Positions 21,024 through 32,400 of a DNA stretch of 64,000 nt are shown piece after piece (within the stretch, counting starts at the first letter, position 1; each line of letters opens with the position of its first letter). The notes below the pieces were generated by a model. That model was given only the letters and a program-made list of their open reading frames with translations, did no database searches and was not told the DNA's origin. The DNA lies in NCBI GenBank assembly GCA_050183995.1, contig JBFXAT010000014.1:7382-71381 (forward strand), given 5' to 3'. Source of the stretch: Vicinamibacterales bacterium (GTDB lineage: Bacteria > Acidobacteriota > Vicinamibacteria > Vicinamibacterales > CAVVIG01). The translations under genes were made by a program, and so were the position numbers.

Positions 21024-22811
21024 TCAACGCGCAGCCGGGGTCGTCGGGAGCGGGCCCGCGTCGCGCGCGCCGAGGCGGCGCTTCTTCAGCAGGTGCGTGC
21101 CCAGCACCAGGTACTCCAGCCCGGACACGTCCATCGTGTGCAGCGCATCTTCCGGCGTCAGCACGTTCGGTTCTCCATGGACGTTGAAGGAGGTGTTCAG
21201 CACGCCGCCAATCCCCGTCAGCTCGCGAAAGCGCGAGATGACCCGGTGGTAGTCCGGACTCCACTCCCGGCACACGACCTGCGGCCGCATCGTCCGATCG
21301 TAGGGGTGCATCGCGGCGGGCAGGTCGTGCGTCGCGTCGGATGTCGCGTCGAACGCCATCGACATGTACGGCGCGTCGATCCCGCTCGGATTCCGGAGAT
21401 ACCGGGCGGCGTCTTCGCTGAGGATCGAAGGCGCGAACGGCATCCAGAAGTCGCGGCCTTTGATGGCGGTGTTCAACGTACGGACGATGGCCGCGTGGCC
21501 GGGGTGCGCGAGGATCGATCGATGGCCCAGCGCCCGCGCGCCCCACTCGCTGCGTCCCGCGCAGCGCGCAACGATGTCGCCGCGGGCCAGGAGAGCGGCC
21601 GTCTCCGCATGGACGTCCGCCGGCTCGCTGATCTCGTACGACGCGCCGAGGTCACGCTCCCGTATCAGCCGGTCCACGTCGGCGCGCGAACAGTCTGGTC
21701 CGAGATACAGGGAGCGCAGCGGCGTGGGCTCGAACGCGACGCCTCGTTCGTCGCAGAGGTGTCGATATCCGTACAGGCACGAGCCGATCGCGTTGGATTC
21801 GTCGCCGCAGCTCGGCATGACGAAGAGGTGCTCCACCTCCGGCAGCTCGGCGAGCACCTTGTTGATCTTCACGTTCATGAAGACGCCGCCGGACACCGCG
21901 ATGCGGCGGATGCCGGTCCTGCCGATGGCCAGCCGGACCCAGTCGGTGACCAGTGTCTCAGAGAGACGCTGAACCGCGCCCGCCACCGCATCGAAGCGGG
22001 CGTGGCGGAGCTCCCTGGCGAAGAAGCGGTCGGCGAAGTGCATGTGGAAGCGCGACCGGAACCGCAGCGTGTCGTCGACACCGAGCACCCCCCGCAGCGT
22101 CTCGTAGACAGGGTCGACGTCCTCCTGTCTGGCGTACGGCGCGAGCCCCATGACCTTGAACTCGTGCTCGAGCGGCTTCATGCCCAGGTGCAGCGTGGCC
22201 AGTCCGTAGAGATATCCGAGAGATGCGGATCGATCCGTCCGCGCGAGCACGCGCAGCGTCTGCCCATCGAAGACGTTCACAGACGCGCACACGCGGTCGC
22301 CTTCGCCGTCCAGGGTGAAGACCAGCGTCTCGCCCCGCGGCAGGTTGAAACAGGGCGCGAGCGCGTGGGCAAGATGATGGTGAATGACGTGAACCCTGGC
22401 GGGCTCGACACCGAGCATTCCGGCGACGTGCGGCCCCAGGCGCGCGGCGTTCCGGGTCATCCCGTGCCGGTCGACCGGACGCCTCAGGTCGAGATAGGCG
22501 CCGAACAGGCGCGGGAAGCGGTAGCCGCACTCCGCGGCGAGCCGCCGCCAGAGAGATGGATGCCGGTACCGTTCCAGGAACCAGTCGCCGAAGCGTGGTG
22601 TCCCGGCGAGGTTGTTGTCCATGACGACCGCATCCAGATCGGCTGTCGACGCTCCGTGTTCGCGCAGCACCGACTGGATGGATCGCAGAGGCAGGCCCGC
22701 GTGATTCTTGATGCGGGAGAACCGCTCTTCGCTGACGCAGCCGACGACCCGGCCGTCTTCGGCCAGGCAGGCTGTCGCGCAGTGCCCGGCGTTGATGCCG
22801 AGGATGAGCAT
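21024..22811 (-). CDS. Carbamoyltransferase (NodU/CmcH/TobZ family)
   Basis: SEERFSRIK, HHHLAHA, KVMGLAPY, GGVFMN, GARALGHRSIL, PFAP and LNTSFN motifs. Confidence 0.95.
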   Translation of the reverse strand: MLILGINAGHCATACLAEDGRVVGCVSEERFSRIKNHAGLPLRSIQSVLREHGASTADLDAVVMDNNLAGTPRFGDWFLERYRHPSLWRRLAAECGYRFPRLFGAYLDLRRPVDRHGMTRNAARLGPHVAGMLGVEPARVHVIHHHLAHALAPCFNLPRGETLVFTLDGEGDRVCASVNVFDGQTLRVLARTDRSASLGYLYGLATLHLGMKPLEHEFKVMGLAPYARQEDVDPVYETLRGVLGVDDTLRFRSRFHMHFADRFFARELRHARFDAVAGAVQRLSETLVTDWVRLAIGRTGIRRIAVSGGVFMNVKINKVLAELPEVEHLFVMPSCGDESNAIGSCLYGYRHLCDERGVAFEPTPLRSLYLGPDCSRADVDRLIRERDLGASYEISEPADVHAETAALLARGDIVARCAGRSEWGARALGHRSILAHPGHAAIVRTLNTAIKGRDFWMPFAPSILSEDAARYLRNPSGIDAPYMSMAFDATSDATHDLPAAMHPYDRTMRPQVVCREWSPDYHRVISRFRELTGIGGVLNTSFNVHGEPNVLTPEDALHTMDVSGLEYLVLGTHLLKKRRLGARDAGPLPTTPAAR

Positions 22812-22815
22812 CGCC

Positions 22816-24483
22816 CTAGTGGAGGAGTCCCTCGGTCTCCGGGATCGCGATCCGCAGCCGCTGTTGCGGGATGGGGACGAGGTCCGGCACGCGCATCGCC
22901 GGCTCCTGGTCGAGATCCAGGTACAGCTTTCGCCGAAGCAGTCGCTCCGGCACGTGCGCCAGACGCCAGAGCGGATACTTGATGCCGTCGCCGAAGCGTT
23001 GTCGCCCCATGCCGTAGTAATAGAGCGGAATGCCCAGGTTGAACGACCACTGCGTCCGGATGTCGTTTCGGAAGAAGTCGAGGTTGTACCGCCAGCAGGT
23101 GAAGAAGAACTCCCACTGCAGATCGGACATCGTGACCAGGCGCTTGCCTTCCGCGCTCTCGAGCCGCGTGTCTTCCAGCGGTGCGAACAGCGTCGGCACC
23201 ACTGACCATTTTGCGCCCTTGAGGGCGTGCAGCAGGTCCAGCGACCGCTTCGTGTCGTCGTCGGTCTCGCCCGGCAGACCGAGGATCCAGGTGCAGAAGG
23301 GAAACCAGTTGCTCTTGTTGAGGATCTCCATCCCGCGCAGCACGACGTCCGGCCATTGCTCCGGCCTGAACGGGTAGGCCTTGCCCTTCATGTGTTCGGC
23401 GAACAGCCTCGGCGACCCCGTTTCGATGCCGATGAAGAGCGTCTGGTAGCGCTTGTCCGGGTGCGTCGACGCGCGGTGCTGATGCACGCTTCGCCCCACG
23501 GCAATCGGCGCGAGCTCCTCGGCCATGGTCGGCTTCACGAGCACCGGCGCCATGGTGCCATGCGTGAGGGAGACGTACCGGACGCCCGGCACCGCCGCGA
23601 CGGCCTCGAAGAGACGCTTGAGCGCAGGCACGTTGGTGTCGAACAGAGGACCCTGTTCGTACAGGAACAGATCCTCGGTCACGAACAGGATCGTATCGGC
23701 GCCCTCGGCGACCTGCGTACGCACGTTCTCGACGATGTGCTCGAGCGGAAAGCTCTTGCCGCGTCGCAGGGCGATCGAGCAGAAGCGGCAGCCGCGGCCG
23801 CAGCCCCGCGTGATCTCGACCGCGCCGAAGGTCGAACGGTGATGGATGCGCGGAATGCGATCGAGGCGCGGGCTCCCGCACTCGACCCGCCGAGGCAGCG
23901 ATTCGCCCCGGAGCGCGGCGTCGAAGAGGTCGCCGACAACGTCCTCGGCCTCGCCGTGCACGATGGTGTCGATGCCCCACTCATCCTGCAGGCCCATCTT
24001 CTCGATCTGCCAGGCGCCCGGTCCACCGACGATGATCTTCATGTGCGGGCGGCGGGCGCGGAGCCGCGGATGCAGGATCAGACGCTTGAACTCCGCCGCG
24101 TTGATCGGTTCGGCGGCCGAACCCGCCAGGTGCGAGTAGACGTCCGCGGCGAAGGTGATGCCCAGCGGGTTGTGCGCGTGAATCCCGACGACGCGCGTGT
24201 CGTCGCCGACGAAGCGATCGAGCTGGTCCGGGTAGCAGACGGCGATATCCGACGCGGCAATCCGCTGCAGGAGGAGCGATTCCACGACGCGCAGGCCGTG
24301 CGGCACGTACGACGCCTGGCCGTCGGCGGCCACGTCGACCTGCGTCGACCAGTCCACGCCGAGCAGGCGCGCGTACTTCGCCGGCAGCGTCGCCAGCAGC
24401 ATCTGGCGCCACGTGCTCCGCAGGTACTCGCACGACTCCGACGCGCTCGCTGCGAGGACCACCCGCCGCGGGGACGCGCTCAT
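22816..24483 (-). CDS. B12-binding radical SAM protein, similar to the archaeal Grs (GDGT ring synthase) family
   Basis: CGRGCRFC (CxxxCxxC), KIIVGGPGAWQ, GEAE, GIETGS and GLPGET motifs. Confidence 0.85.
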   Translation of the reverse strand: MSASPRRVVLAASASESCEYLRSTWRQMLLATLPAKYARLLGVDWSTQVDVAADGQASYVPHGLRVVESLLLQRIAASDIAVCYPDQLDRFVGDDTRVVGIHAHNPLGITFAADVYSHLAGSAAEPINAAEFKRLILHPRLRARRPHMKIIVGGPGAWQIEKMGLQDEWGIDTIVHGEAEDVVGDLFDAALRGESLPRRVECGSPRLDRIPRIHHRSTFGAVEITRGCGRGCRFCSIALRRGKSFPLEHIVENVRTQVAEGADTILFVTEDLFLYEQGPLFDTNVPALKRLFEAVAAVPGVRYVSLTHGTMAPVLVKPTMAEELAPIAVGRSVHQHRASTHPDKRYQTLFIGIETGSPRLFAEHMKGKAYPFRPEQWPDVVLRGMEILNKSNWFPFCTWILGLPGETDDDTKRSLDLLHALKGAKWSVVPTLFAPLEDTRLESAEGKRLVTMSDLQWEFFFTCWRYNLDFFRNDIRTQWSFNLGIPLYYYGMGRQRFGDGIKYPLWRLAHVPERLLRRKLYLDLDQEPAMRVPDLVPIPQQRLRIAIPETEGLLH

Positions 24484-24484
24484 C

Positions 24485-25912
24485 TCATGCCTCCGCCGCG
24501 GGCCGAGCGCGCACCGGCGCCGCCGGAGCGGTCGGCGTCAGGCTCGGTTTGAGACGTCCCGCGTAGAGCGTCAGCATCCACGACAGGTGCGTGCCGACCA
24601 GCACCATCAGGAACATCAGCTTCGACAGGCCGAGGACCGCGAAGGCCGTGATGAAATAGGGGAACGCGCCGCGCGACACGAGAAAGGTGCAGTAGCGTGT
24701 GAACAGGTGCACCGGGTTCGACGCGTGCGCGCTGGTCGTGCGTTGGAACGCCACGTAGTATTCGCCATCCGGCTCGCGCCGTGCGTAGTCGCGCTTGTTG
24801 TACGCCACGGCGGCGAAGCTGAGCACCACGCCCACGAGGCCGGCGAGCGCCAGCTGCAGCCAGACAGGTGATCCGCTCGCCCGATAGAACCCCACGCCGT
24901 ATCCGCTCACGACTGCCAGATAGAACGCGTAGTCGCATGCCATCTCGAGCCAGTGGCCGAGCTCGGTCGCCTCGAACTTCGCCCTCGCGAGCTCTCCGTC
25001 CACGCCGTCGAGCATGCTCGCAAACCATGTGAGGAACCCCCCCGCGACGAACGACAGATACGATCCGCCCGCCATCACCGCGCCGGCGATGCCGCTGCAC
25101 ACCAGGGTGAACAACGTGACCTGATTGGGCGTGACCGACGTAGGAAGCAGGAGCCGGCTGATGCGGAGAGACACGCGCCGATTCGTCCGCGCATACATGC
25201 CGTCGGTCGGCTTGATCGTGCTGAGGAGGACCTTCCACGTTGCTTCGCGGGCGTCCGCGGTGCTGCGCACGCGATGCCACGCGTAGCGTCCGACATCGAG
25301 CAGCACTGCTGCTCCCGCGTCCGATCCCCCGTCGCCGGCTGTCGCACAGCGCTGCAGGGTGATGCCGATGGGCGTCAGCGTCTCCCGCCCCAACGCATCG
25401 AACGCCTTTGACGCCTCTGACGCCTCCGACGATTCGACCGTTCGGCCGTCCTGGCCGCCTGGCGCGCCGACGATGAACGGCGATTTCGCCGACGCCGGGT
25501 AGTTGTCGGCGAAACGATCGACGACGATCACGGTGCGATCGCGCGCGCCGAAAAGCTGAATCGCCTGCCGGAGAGCGCGGGGATCGATGATGAGACCCGC
25601 GGGCAGCGTCAGAGTGTCCGACGCGTCTTCCGCGTCTTCCGCGTCCACCCGTGTCGCGGCCGTCACCCGGGCACCCCGGACCTCCGCTCGAGGCAGCCGC
25701 GCGAGTGCGCGTCGGAGCACGTCCAGGTCCGCCGCCTCACCTGTGACGTCGATCGCGTCGATCCCCGCGTCGCGCAGACACCGCAGCTGACGCGACAGGA
25801 GCGGCAGCCCGGCGATGGAAACGTCCGAGAGCAGCCGGCCCTCATCCGCGAGAAGCGATGCGTCGACGAGAAGACGGCCTCTGAGGCCGCGTTCCGCAGG
25901 AGGCAGGCTCAC
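24485..25912 (-). CDS. CDP-alcohol phosphatidyltransferase with degenerate N-terminal nucleotidyltransferase-like domain
   Basis: VTPNQVT and LDGVDGELAR...GHWLEMACD signature; N-terminal IAGLPLLSRQL. Confidence 0.85.
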   Translation of the reverse strand: MSLPPAERGLRGRLLVDASLLADEGRLLSDVSIAGLPLLSRQLRCLRDAGIDAIDVTGEAADLDVLRRALARLPRAEVRGARVTAATRVDAEDAEDASDTLTLPAGLIIDPRALRQAIQLFGARDRTVIVVDRFADNYPASAKSPFIVGAPGGQDGRTVESSEASEASKAFDALGRETLTPIGITLQRCATAGDGGSDAGAAVLLDVGRYAWHRVRSTADAREATWKVLLSTIKPTDGMYARTNRRVSLRISRLLLPTSVTPNQVTLFTLVCSGIAGAVMAGGSYLSFVAGGFLTWFASMLDGVDGELARAKFEATELGHWLEMACDYAFYLAVVSGYGVGFYRASGSPVWLQLALAGLVGVVLSFAAVAYNKRDYARREPDGEYYVAFQRTTSAHASNPVHLFTRYCTFLVSRGAFPYFITAFAVLGLSKLMFLMVLVGTHLSWMLTLYAGRLKPSLTPTAPAAPVRARPAAEA

Positions 25913-26025
25913 GCCCGAATAGGGAAGCGGATCTGCCGTAGCGAGAGTGGACTCGGAAATGCGCCTGACGTTAGCGCACCGTTTTTGCTGGTGTCAAGGC
26001 GCGTCCAGCCAGTACAAGCTCACTG

Positions 26026-27060
26026 ATGGGTTACGCCCGCCGGGTGCGCCTGAAACGTGCGTTCGCACCGTTCGTGCCGTGGACCGGCTGGCCCGCGGCG
26101 CAGCGATGGCTGACGCGGTCGCGCGTGCTCATCCTCACCTACCACGGCGTGGCCCGAGGTTCGGCCGACAGCTACGTCACTCGTCAGTCCGTCGATGCGG
26201 CGGCGTTCGACGCTCAACTTCGCTGGCTCTCGCACCACTATCGGTTCCTGCGGCTGACCGACGTCGTTGGCTCGCTGCAGCGGCGGAGTCCGCTGCCGGA
26301 GCGCGGGGTCGTGATTACCTTCGACGATGGCCTTCGCAACGTCTTGCAGACGGCGCTCCCGATCTTGCGCAGGCGCGGAGCGCCAGCCACCGTCTTCGTC
26401 TGCGCGGACTATGTCGGAGGCGGTCTGCTCTGGACGGACGAAGTCGCCCTTCTCGTTCTGAAAACCCCCGTCGACATGCTCGCGTCGCCATTTGGCGACG
26501 CGCGTCCGTATCCGCTCCGCACCGTCTCCGCTCGAGAGCGGGCCGCTCGCGCCATCACCACGCGGCTGAAGCGGGTGGGCCCGGCCGCTCGCGCAGAGCT
26601 GCTGCGGCGGCTCCGTGTGTCGTGCGAGGCGCCAGCCGGCGACTCCGGTGGCGTCGCGCGGCACTGGGCTGAGCCAGGCTGCCACGATCTGCTTGCGTGG
26701 GATGACGTGCGCCAGCTCGCCGACGCCGGCATCGAGATCGGCTCTCACGGATGCAGCCACACCGTGCTCACCGCGCTCACAGACGACGAGGCGCGCGACG
26801 AGATCGTCCGCTCGAAGCTGGCAATCGAACGCGAGCTCGATCGTCCGTGCGAGCTCTTCAGCTATCCAAACGGCGGCCGGCTCGACTTCAGCTCGACGCA
26901 TGGACAGATGCTGATCGATGCCGGATACCAGGGCGCTGCTACCCAGATCGCCGGGTTCAACGGACCGTCCTCACGGCTGACGGAACTGCGTCGTGTCAAC
27001 GTCGCTCGCGTGTCCGGGCTGGGGTACGTGCAGGCTGCGATCGCCAGGGCTGGGTGGTAG
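26026..27060 (+). CDS. Polysaccharide deacetylase (NodB/IcaB-like)
   Basis: ILTYHGV, ITFDDG, EIGSHGCSH and FSYPNG motifs. Confidence 0.92.
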   Translation: MGYARRVRLKRAFAPFVPWTGWPAAQRWLTRSRVLILTYHGVARGSADSYVTRQSVDAAAFDAQLRWLSHHYRFLRLTDVVGSLQRRSPLPERGVVITFDDGLRNVLQTALPILRRRGAPATVFVCADYVGGGLLWTDEVALLVLKTPVDMLASPFGDARPYPLRTVSARERAARAITTRLKRVGPAARAELLRRLRVSCEAPAGDSGGVARHWAEPGCHDLLAWDDVRQLADAGIEIGSHGCSHTVLTALTDDEARDEIVRSKLAIERELDRPCELFSYPNGGRLDFSSTHGQMLIDAGYQGAATQIAGFNGPSSRLTELRRVNVARVSGLGYVQAAIARAGW

Positions 27061-28209
27061 ACCGCTGAAGCGCGCGGTCAGCCGCCGCCACGTCCCCGCC
27101 GCCCGCGCGACGGTGTGCGACGGGAACCGGTTCGACCCGACGATGACGGTCCGAATCTCCCTGCGGCCGGTCCAGAGCGGCGTGAGCATGTTGCCGGGCT
27201 TTCCGCACGAATCGGCCCACGCCACGTCTTCTCGATCGTGCAGCAGCCTGAGGGTGTGCAGCGCAAGCAGCACGCCAGGCGAGTAGCGTGCGAGCGTTTC
27301 GTCGTACGCGATCTTGAACGCGAACGCTCCCCCTCCGGAGACGAACTGGCAGCTCATCGCAACAGGGCGTCCGTCGAGTGTCAGCCGGGACATGATCAGC
27401 TGGCCGTTGGCGTGCGCCCCGCGCCCCATCGCCTCGAAGAAGCCGTCATGTCCGCGCGAAAGCATGGCGCTGCCGCGCCGGCCCTTCCACCCGGCGCGTT
27501 CGAGCGTGAGAAACGCCCGAAGCCACGGCTCCGCATCGTCGTTCGCCGCGAGATCGCTGAACGCCACCGAGCCACGATCGCGCAGCCGGTTCAACTGGCG
27601 CCGATATTCCTTCCGGCGCCGCGCGGCAATGGCGTCGGCCATGTAGCGGTCTGCGGTGCGGGCCGGCTGGAGAAACGCGCGCCGATAGCTGTCCGTCGTC
27701 ACCACCAGGTGGCCCACGCGCGCGGCCGAGGCGGTCAGCGCCTCCATGACGGGACCGCCGCCGTGCATGTCACCAAGCTCCAGCAGCCCGCGGCGGAAGG
27801 GCCCTCGCGCGTGCCAGGTGCACAAGGCGTCGAGACAGATGCCCGCGCAGGACGCCCGGATCAGCGGAGTAGCCAGGAAGGCATACCGGTGGCGCCACAG
27901 CGAGAGGACTGGAATTGGCGCGCCGCGATAATATCGCCTCAGTTCGAACGGAAAGAGGGCGCCGAGGGCGCGGCGCCCGGAGCGCCGTTCGGCGACCTCG
28001 ACGGTCACGAGCCGAAAGCGGTGGCGGTGTCCCAGATGCGCAAGGGCGGGAAGCAGGAAGAACGGCTCCCAGAAGGCATTGGGCTCGAGGCTCTCACGAG
28101 CGAGGTCGGTCCAGTCGTCGAGCCGGTGCTCCAGCTCCGAGACGTCTCGGAGCACGTGGACCTGAGGGTCGTCGAATTCTTCGTGCCGGCTTCCGTCTCT
28201 TCCGTGCAT
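26971..28209 (-). CDS. CelD/BcsL-type GNAT acetyltransferase
   Basis: RRKEYRRQLNRL, LERAGWKG and KIAYDETLARYSPG motifs. Confidence 0.85.
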   Translation of the reverse strand: MHGRDGSRHEEFDDPQVHVLRDVSELEHRLDDWTDLARESLEPNAFWEPFFLLPALAHLGHRHRFRLVTVEVAERRSGRRALGALFPFELRRYYRGAPIPVLSLWRHRYAFLATPLIRASCAGICLDALCTWHARGPFRRGLLELGDMHGGGPVMEALTASAARVGHLVVTTDSYRRAFLQPARTADRYMADAIAARRRKEYRRQLNRLRDRGSVAFSDLAANDDAEPWLRAFLTLERAGWKGRRGSAMLSRGHDGFFEAMGRGAHANGQLIMSRLTLDGRPVAMSCQFVSGGGAFAFKIAYDETLARYSPGVLLALHTLRLLHDREDVAWADSCGKPGNMLTPLWTGRREIRTVIVGSNRFPSHTVARAAGTWRRLTARFSGLPPSPGDRSLHVPQPGHASDVDTTQFRQP

Positions 28210-28270
28210 GACCTTCAACTCGACGTGCGCCGCAACTGCGGTCTCTCGACCCATGCGGCGCTGGCCGACG

Positions 28271-29488
28271 ATGTTACCTGCTGATACGCCCGAAACGCCG
28301 GCCGGTCTCCAGGCGGCAGCGGCTTCCGCGGCATCCGCCCGAACGTCCACGACCCCGGACGAGGATCTGCGTCGCGAGGTCATTTCGTCGGTCGGAGGAT
28401 TTCGCGCGCTCCGGTCCGACTGGACCGATCTTCTGGCGGCCGGAGGTGCCGCAAGTCCGTTCCTGACCTGGGAGTGGCTGTTCGCGTGGTGGCTGCACTA
28501 CGGGGAGCGCCGCCCGGGACGAGAGCTCGCGATCGTCACCCTTCGGGACCGCCAACGTCTCGCCGGCGTGCTGCCCGCGTACGTGAAGACGTCCGCCAGG
28601 ATCGTTCGGACCCTGCGTCTCCTGGGGTCTCCGCACGAATCGAGCGACGACATGGACGTGCCGCAACGCGATCCGGCCAGCGACGAGGTGCTGCCGCTGC
28701 TCGTGGCCCACGCGCGGGAGTCGCTGTCGTTCGACCGCATCTGCATCGGCGACGTGGCGGCTGACGCGGCCGTCGTCGATCGGATGCGCGCCCTCGCGCG
28801 ACGGCAGGGGTGGTCGCTGGCGGTCCAGTGCACGCATGTGTGCCCGTATCTTCCGGTAGCCGGTTCGTGGGACGACTACCTCGCGTCGAGGAGCCGCGGC
28901 TTCCGGCAGGCGCTTCGACGGCGAACGCGGCGGTTCATGGAGCGGTCCGGCGCCCGTTTCGACTGGGTGGAGCTCGCATCCGAGCTGCCGTCCGCGTTGG
29001 ACGACGTCTTTGCGCTGCACGCGAGGCGGTTCGCGGGCAGGCGCGCTCGGACGCGCTTCGTCGCGACGCGCCGCGGCGCGTTTCATCGAGAAGTGAGCCG
29101 AATCATGTTCGACGCCGGTGCGCTGCGGCTGTTCAGGCTGCGCGTCGACGGCCGCACGGTCGCGACGCTCTACTGCTTCGAGCATGGTTCGCGGTTGCAC
29201 TATTACCAGGGAGGCATCGACCCGGACTGGGACCGCGAGAGCGTCGGCACGGTCCTGATGGGCCAGGTCGTGAAGTACGCGTTCGATCGAAAGCTCTCGA
29301 CGTTCGAGTTCCTGCGCGGTGTCGAGCGCTACAAGTTCAAGTGGACCGATCGCGCGCGCCAGCTGGTGCGGGTGGATCTCGGCCTCTCGCGCCGCGGCCG
29401 GCTGCTGGTCGGTCTGGCCGGCGCCTATGGATCGATCCAGAAGGTCGCGCCGAAGCCGCGCTGGGCGGGATTGAACAACCCGCCATAG
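28271..29488 (+). CDS. CelD/BcsL-type GNAT acetyltransferase
   Basis: SPFLTWEWLFAWW, WDDYLASRS, YYQGG and EFLRGVERYKFKW motifs. Confidence 0.88.
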   Translation: MLPADTPETPAGLQAAAASAASARTSTTPDEDLRREVISSVGGFRALRSDWTDLLAAGGAASPFLTWEWLFAWWLHYGERRPGRELAIVTLRDRQRLAGVLPAYVKTSARIVRTLRLLGSPHESSDDMDVPQRDPASDEVLPLLVAHARESLSFDRICIGDVAADAAVVDRMRALARRQGWSLAVQCTHVCPYLPVAGSWDDYLASRSRGFRQALRRRTRRFMERSGARFDWVELASELPSALDDVFALHARRFAGRRARTRFVATRRGAFHREVSRIMFDAGALRLFRLRVDGRTVATLYCFEHGSRLHYYQGGIDPDWDRESVGTVLMGQVVKYAFDRKLSTFEFLRGVERYKFKWTDRARQLVRVDLGLSRRGRLLVGLAGAYGSIQKVAPKPRWAGLNNPP

Positions 29489-32400
29489 GTCGAGGCGTCG
29501 ACGTTGGTCTGCACGTCGCGGTAGTTGCCTCTGTTCAGGGCGTTGAAGATCCGGAGGCCCACGCGCATCCGGTGTCCGCGGATTCGCATACCACGCTGAA
29601 TCGCGACATCAAGCGACGCCATCACGGGGAAGCGTCCGGCCCGGTTGCGCGAACCGACCAGATCCTGCTCCTCGTCGACGGCCGAGAACGGAAATCCATT
29701 CCGGATCTCGAACACGGGAAGCACGTCCCACTTCGCCCCGATACCGATGGTGCCCCACGCCAGAAGCCGATTCGGCACGTCGATGCTCGAGAGCGTGAAC
29801 TCGTTCGGCAGCACGATCGGCGCGCGTGCGTTGCCGAAGAAGAGGTCGAAGGCGTTGGCATCAGCCATCGCGCGCGAGCGGACGTATGAGACGGTCAGGT
29901 CGTGCCGCTGATCGTGAAGGTAGCGAAGAGTCACCTCCTGTTCCCAGTAGCGGGCGCGCCCGGTGCTGTCCAGCCTCAGCGCGGACCCCTGCGCCCCGGT
30001 CGTCTGCTGGACGATGTAGTCGTGTGAGGTCGTGCGGCGGAGATGGTTCACTCTCAGCACCAACCACGGGCGGATCTGGCGGTCGAAGCCCGCGTTCCAG
30101 ACGACGCTGCTCGGCATCCGCAGCGCGTCCCGCTCGTGCGCGAACGTGGTGGCACCTGGCAGGGGCGTGACCCCGTCCGGGCCGAACCGCTCGATCGTTC
30201 GAGGCTCGTACGACGTGAAGGCGCCGACGTTGAGGGGCGTGCGCTGATAGAAGACACCCGCGCCGCCACGCAAGACCGTCCGCCCCGTCCCGCCCGGCGT
30301 GTAAGCCAGCCCCGCGCGGGGCGACCATCCGATGCGTGTGGTGACGCCGTCGCGATCGGCGCGAAGACCCAGTTCGAGGGTCAGCGTCTTCGACGTCCGC
30401 CACCGGTCCTGTGCGAACAGGGCGAGGTCCTTCCCGCTGACGTCCTGACGCGACGCCGGCCCGAAGCCGATGCGCCGCGCGAGCGTACCGTCGCCGCGCC
30501 GAATCTCGATCGCCCGGCTCGTGCTCCGGCCCGTGTAACCGCTCCACATGAAGTCGACGCCAGCCTTGAACAGGTGCCCTCGGCCGTTGTTCCTCTCGAC
30601 GGCCCGCGTGAACGTCGTGCGGCCCTGGACGCTGTCGGTGTTCCGAGCCTGGTCGTTGAAGAAATGTCCGCGGGTCCCCTCCGGTGTCAGCACCATCGGA
30701 GCGTTGCCGCCGGCGGCAATCGAGGCGTCGTACTTCTTCACGTTCACCATCGATTCGACCGCGGCGTCCGTTCCGCGCGCCCACCTGTGCACGAGCCCGG
30801 CGTTGAAGCCCCTCTGGCGCACGGTCGTGGTGACTTCGTATGGATGGAAGGCGTCGAGGCCCGCGTGCTCCAGCGTACGCGGGAAGATCGCCAGCGCCGC
30901 CGTTGCCTGGTGATGGCCGATCGTCGCGGTGTCCAGCCTCGTGTAGGAGTCGAGGCTTCGGAGGCCGATGGTTGGATCTCCGTCAAGGCCCGTGAGGGGC
31001 GTATTGATGAAGCGATAGTGCGCGCTCTGCGCCAGGAAGAGGCGGTCCGCAACGAGCGGACCGGCAGCGACGACTCGCGGCGTGAACGATCGCAGGTTCA
31101 CCCCCCAGAGCCCGTCCCTGCGCAACGCCACGCGCGGGATGAAGCTGTTCGGCGTCACCTGCCACCGGCTCCCGCCGCTGCGCGTGACGATCTCGGTGAC
31201 GCCAGACGTGAACCGTCCGTATTCGGCGGCGAAAGGATCGGCCAGCACCTGGACGGATTCGACCGCGCCGCTCGGCAGCGCGAACGCGAAGTCGCCCGTG
31301 GATGGATCGGTGACCGATGCCCCGCTGACCTGATAGTCCCCCTGCGTCGGCTGGCCGCCCTTCATCTGGATCCGGCCATCCGCCCCTCGGACCACGCCGG
31401 GGAGCAGCGGCAGCAGGGCGCGCACGTCATCGGCGACAGGAAGCCGCTCGGTCAGACGTCCCGACACCGCTTGCGCGGGACTGGCGTTGTCGGCCGGAAC
31501 GGCGGGGCTCGCCACGATCACCTGCTCGGTCAGCGCGAGCGTGAGCGCCACCGGCGTCACTCCGCCTGCTTCGACGTCGACGGCCACGCTCTCCACGCGT
31601 CCGGTCTCGGTCGCCTGCGCCCGGATCGCGTATCTCCCCGGAGGAACCTCTCGAAAGATGAAGGCTCCGTCGTCGTCGGTCACTGTGGTTGCAATCACCC
31701 GCGTGGGCTCGGCAACGAGCTCGACGACGAGGTTTGGCAGCCGGGTCGCCGGCGCGTCCGCGTCGTCGGAGGCATCGGCGCGACGGGGACTGCCGCTGGC
31801 CGAAACGCCGGCGCTCACGGTGCCCTCGATGGTTCCCGTGAGAGCCGCACGCGTCTGTGCCGCCGCGGTCTCCGGCAGGAGCAGCCCGGCCGCGACGAAG
31901 AGCACGATCGACGACCGCGGTGACGCGCGGAACAGATTCGCGACCGCGCTCGGGAACGTCGCCAGGTCTCGCCAGAGCGACGCGCTTCCGGGCTCGACGA
32001 TGAAGACGCCCTGCCGCATGATCGAGAAGTTGAACCATGCGGAGACGGCAGACACCGCAAAGGACACCAGCAGGCTCAGCGCCAGTTCCGCCGTGCCCGA
32101 CAGCCAGTGCACCAGGAAGCTGAGCCCCTGATTGAGTCCAGGCACCAGGATCATGACCGTCAGCGCGCCCAACCAGGCCGGCTCCACGAGCCTGAACCAC
32201 TGCGTGAGCGACGCGAAGGCGCCGGTGACGATCGCGCGATAAGCCATTTCGGTCAGCATCGCGGCCACCGCGGCGTCCAACCCGGCGACGATGTTGACGG
32301 TGAAGAAGATCAACCCGCGGAAGACGCAACTGAGCAGCGACGACTTCCAGTTCCAGCGCTCGAGGACGATCTCGACCGGATGCGCGAGCAGGTATCGTCC

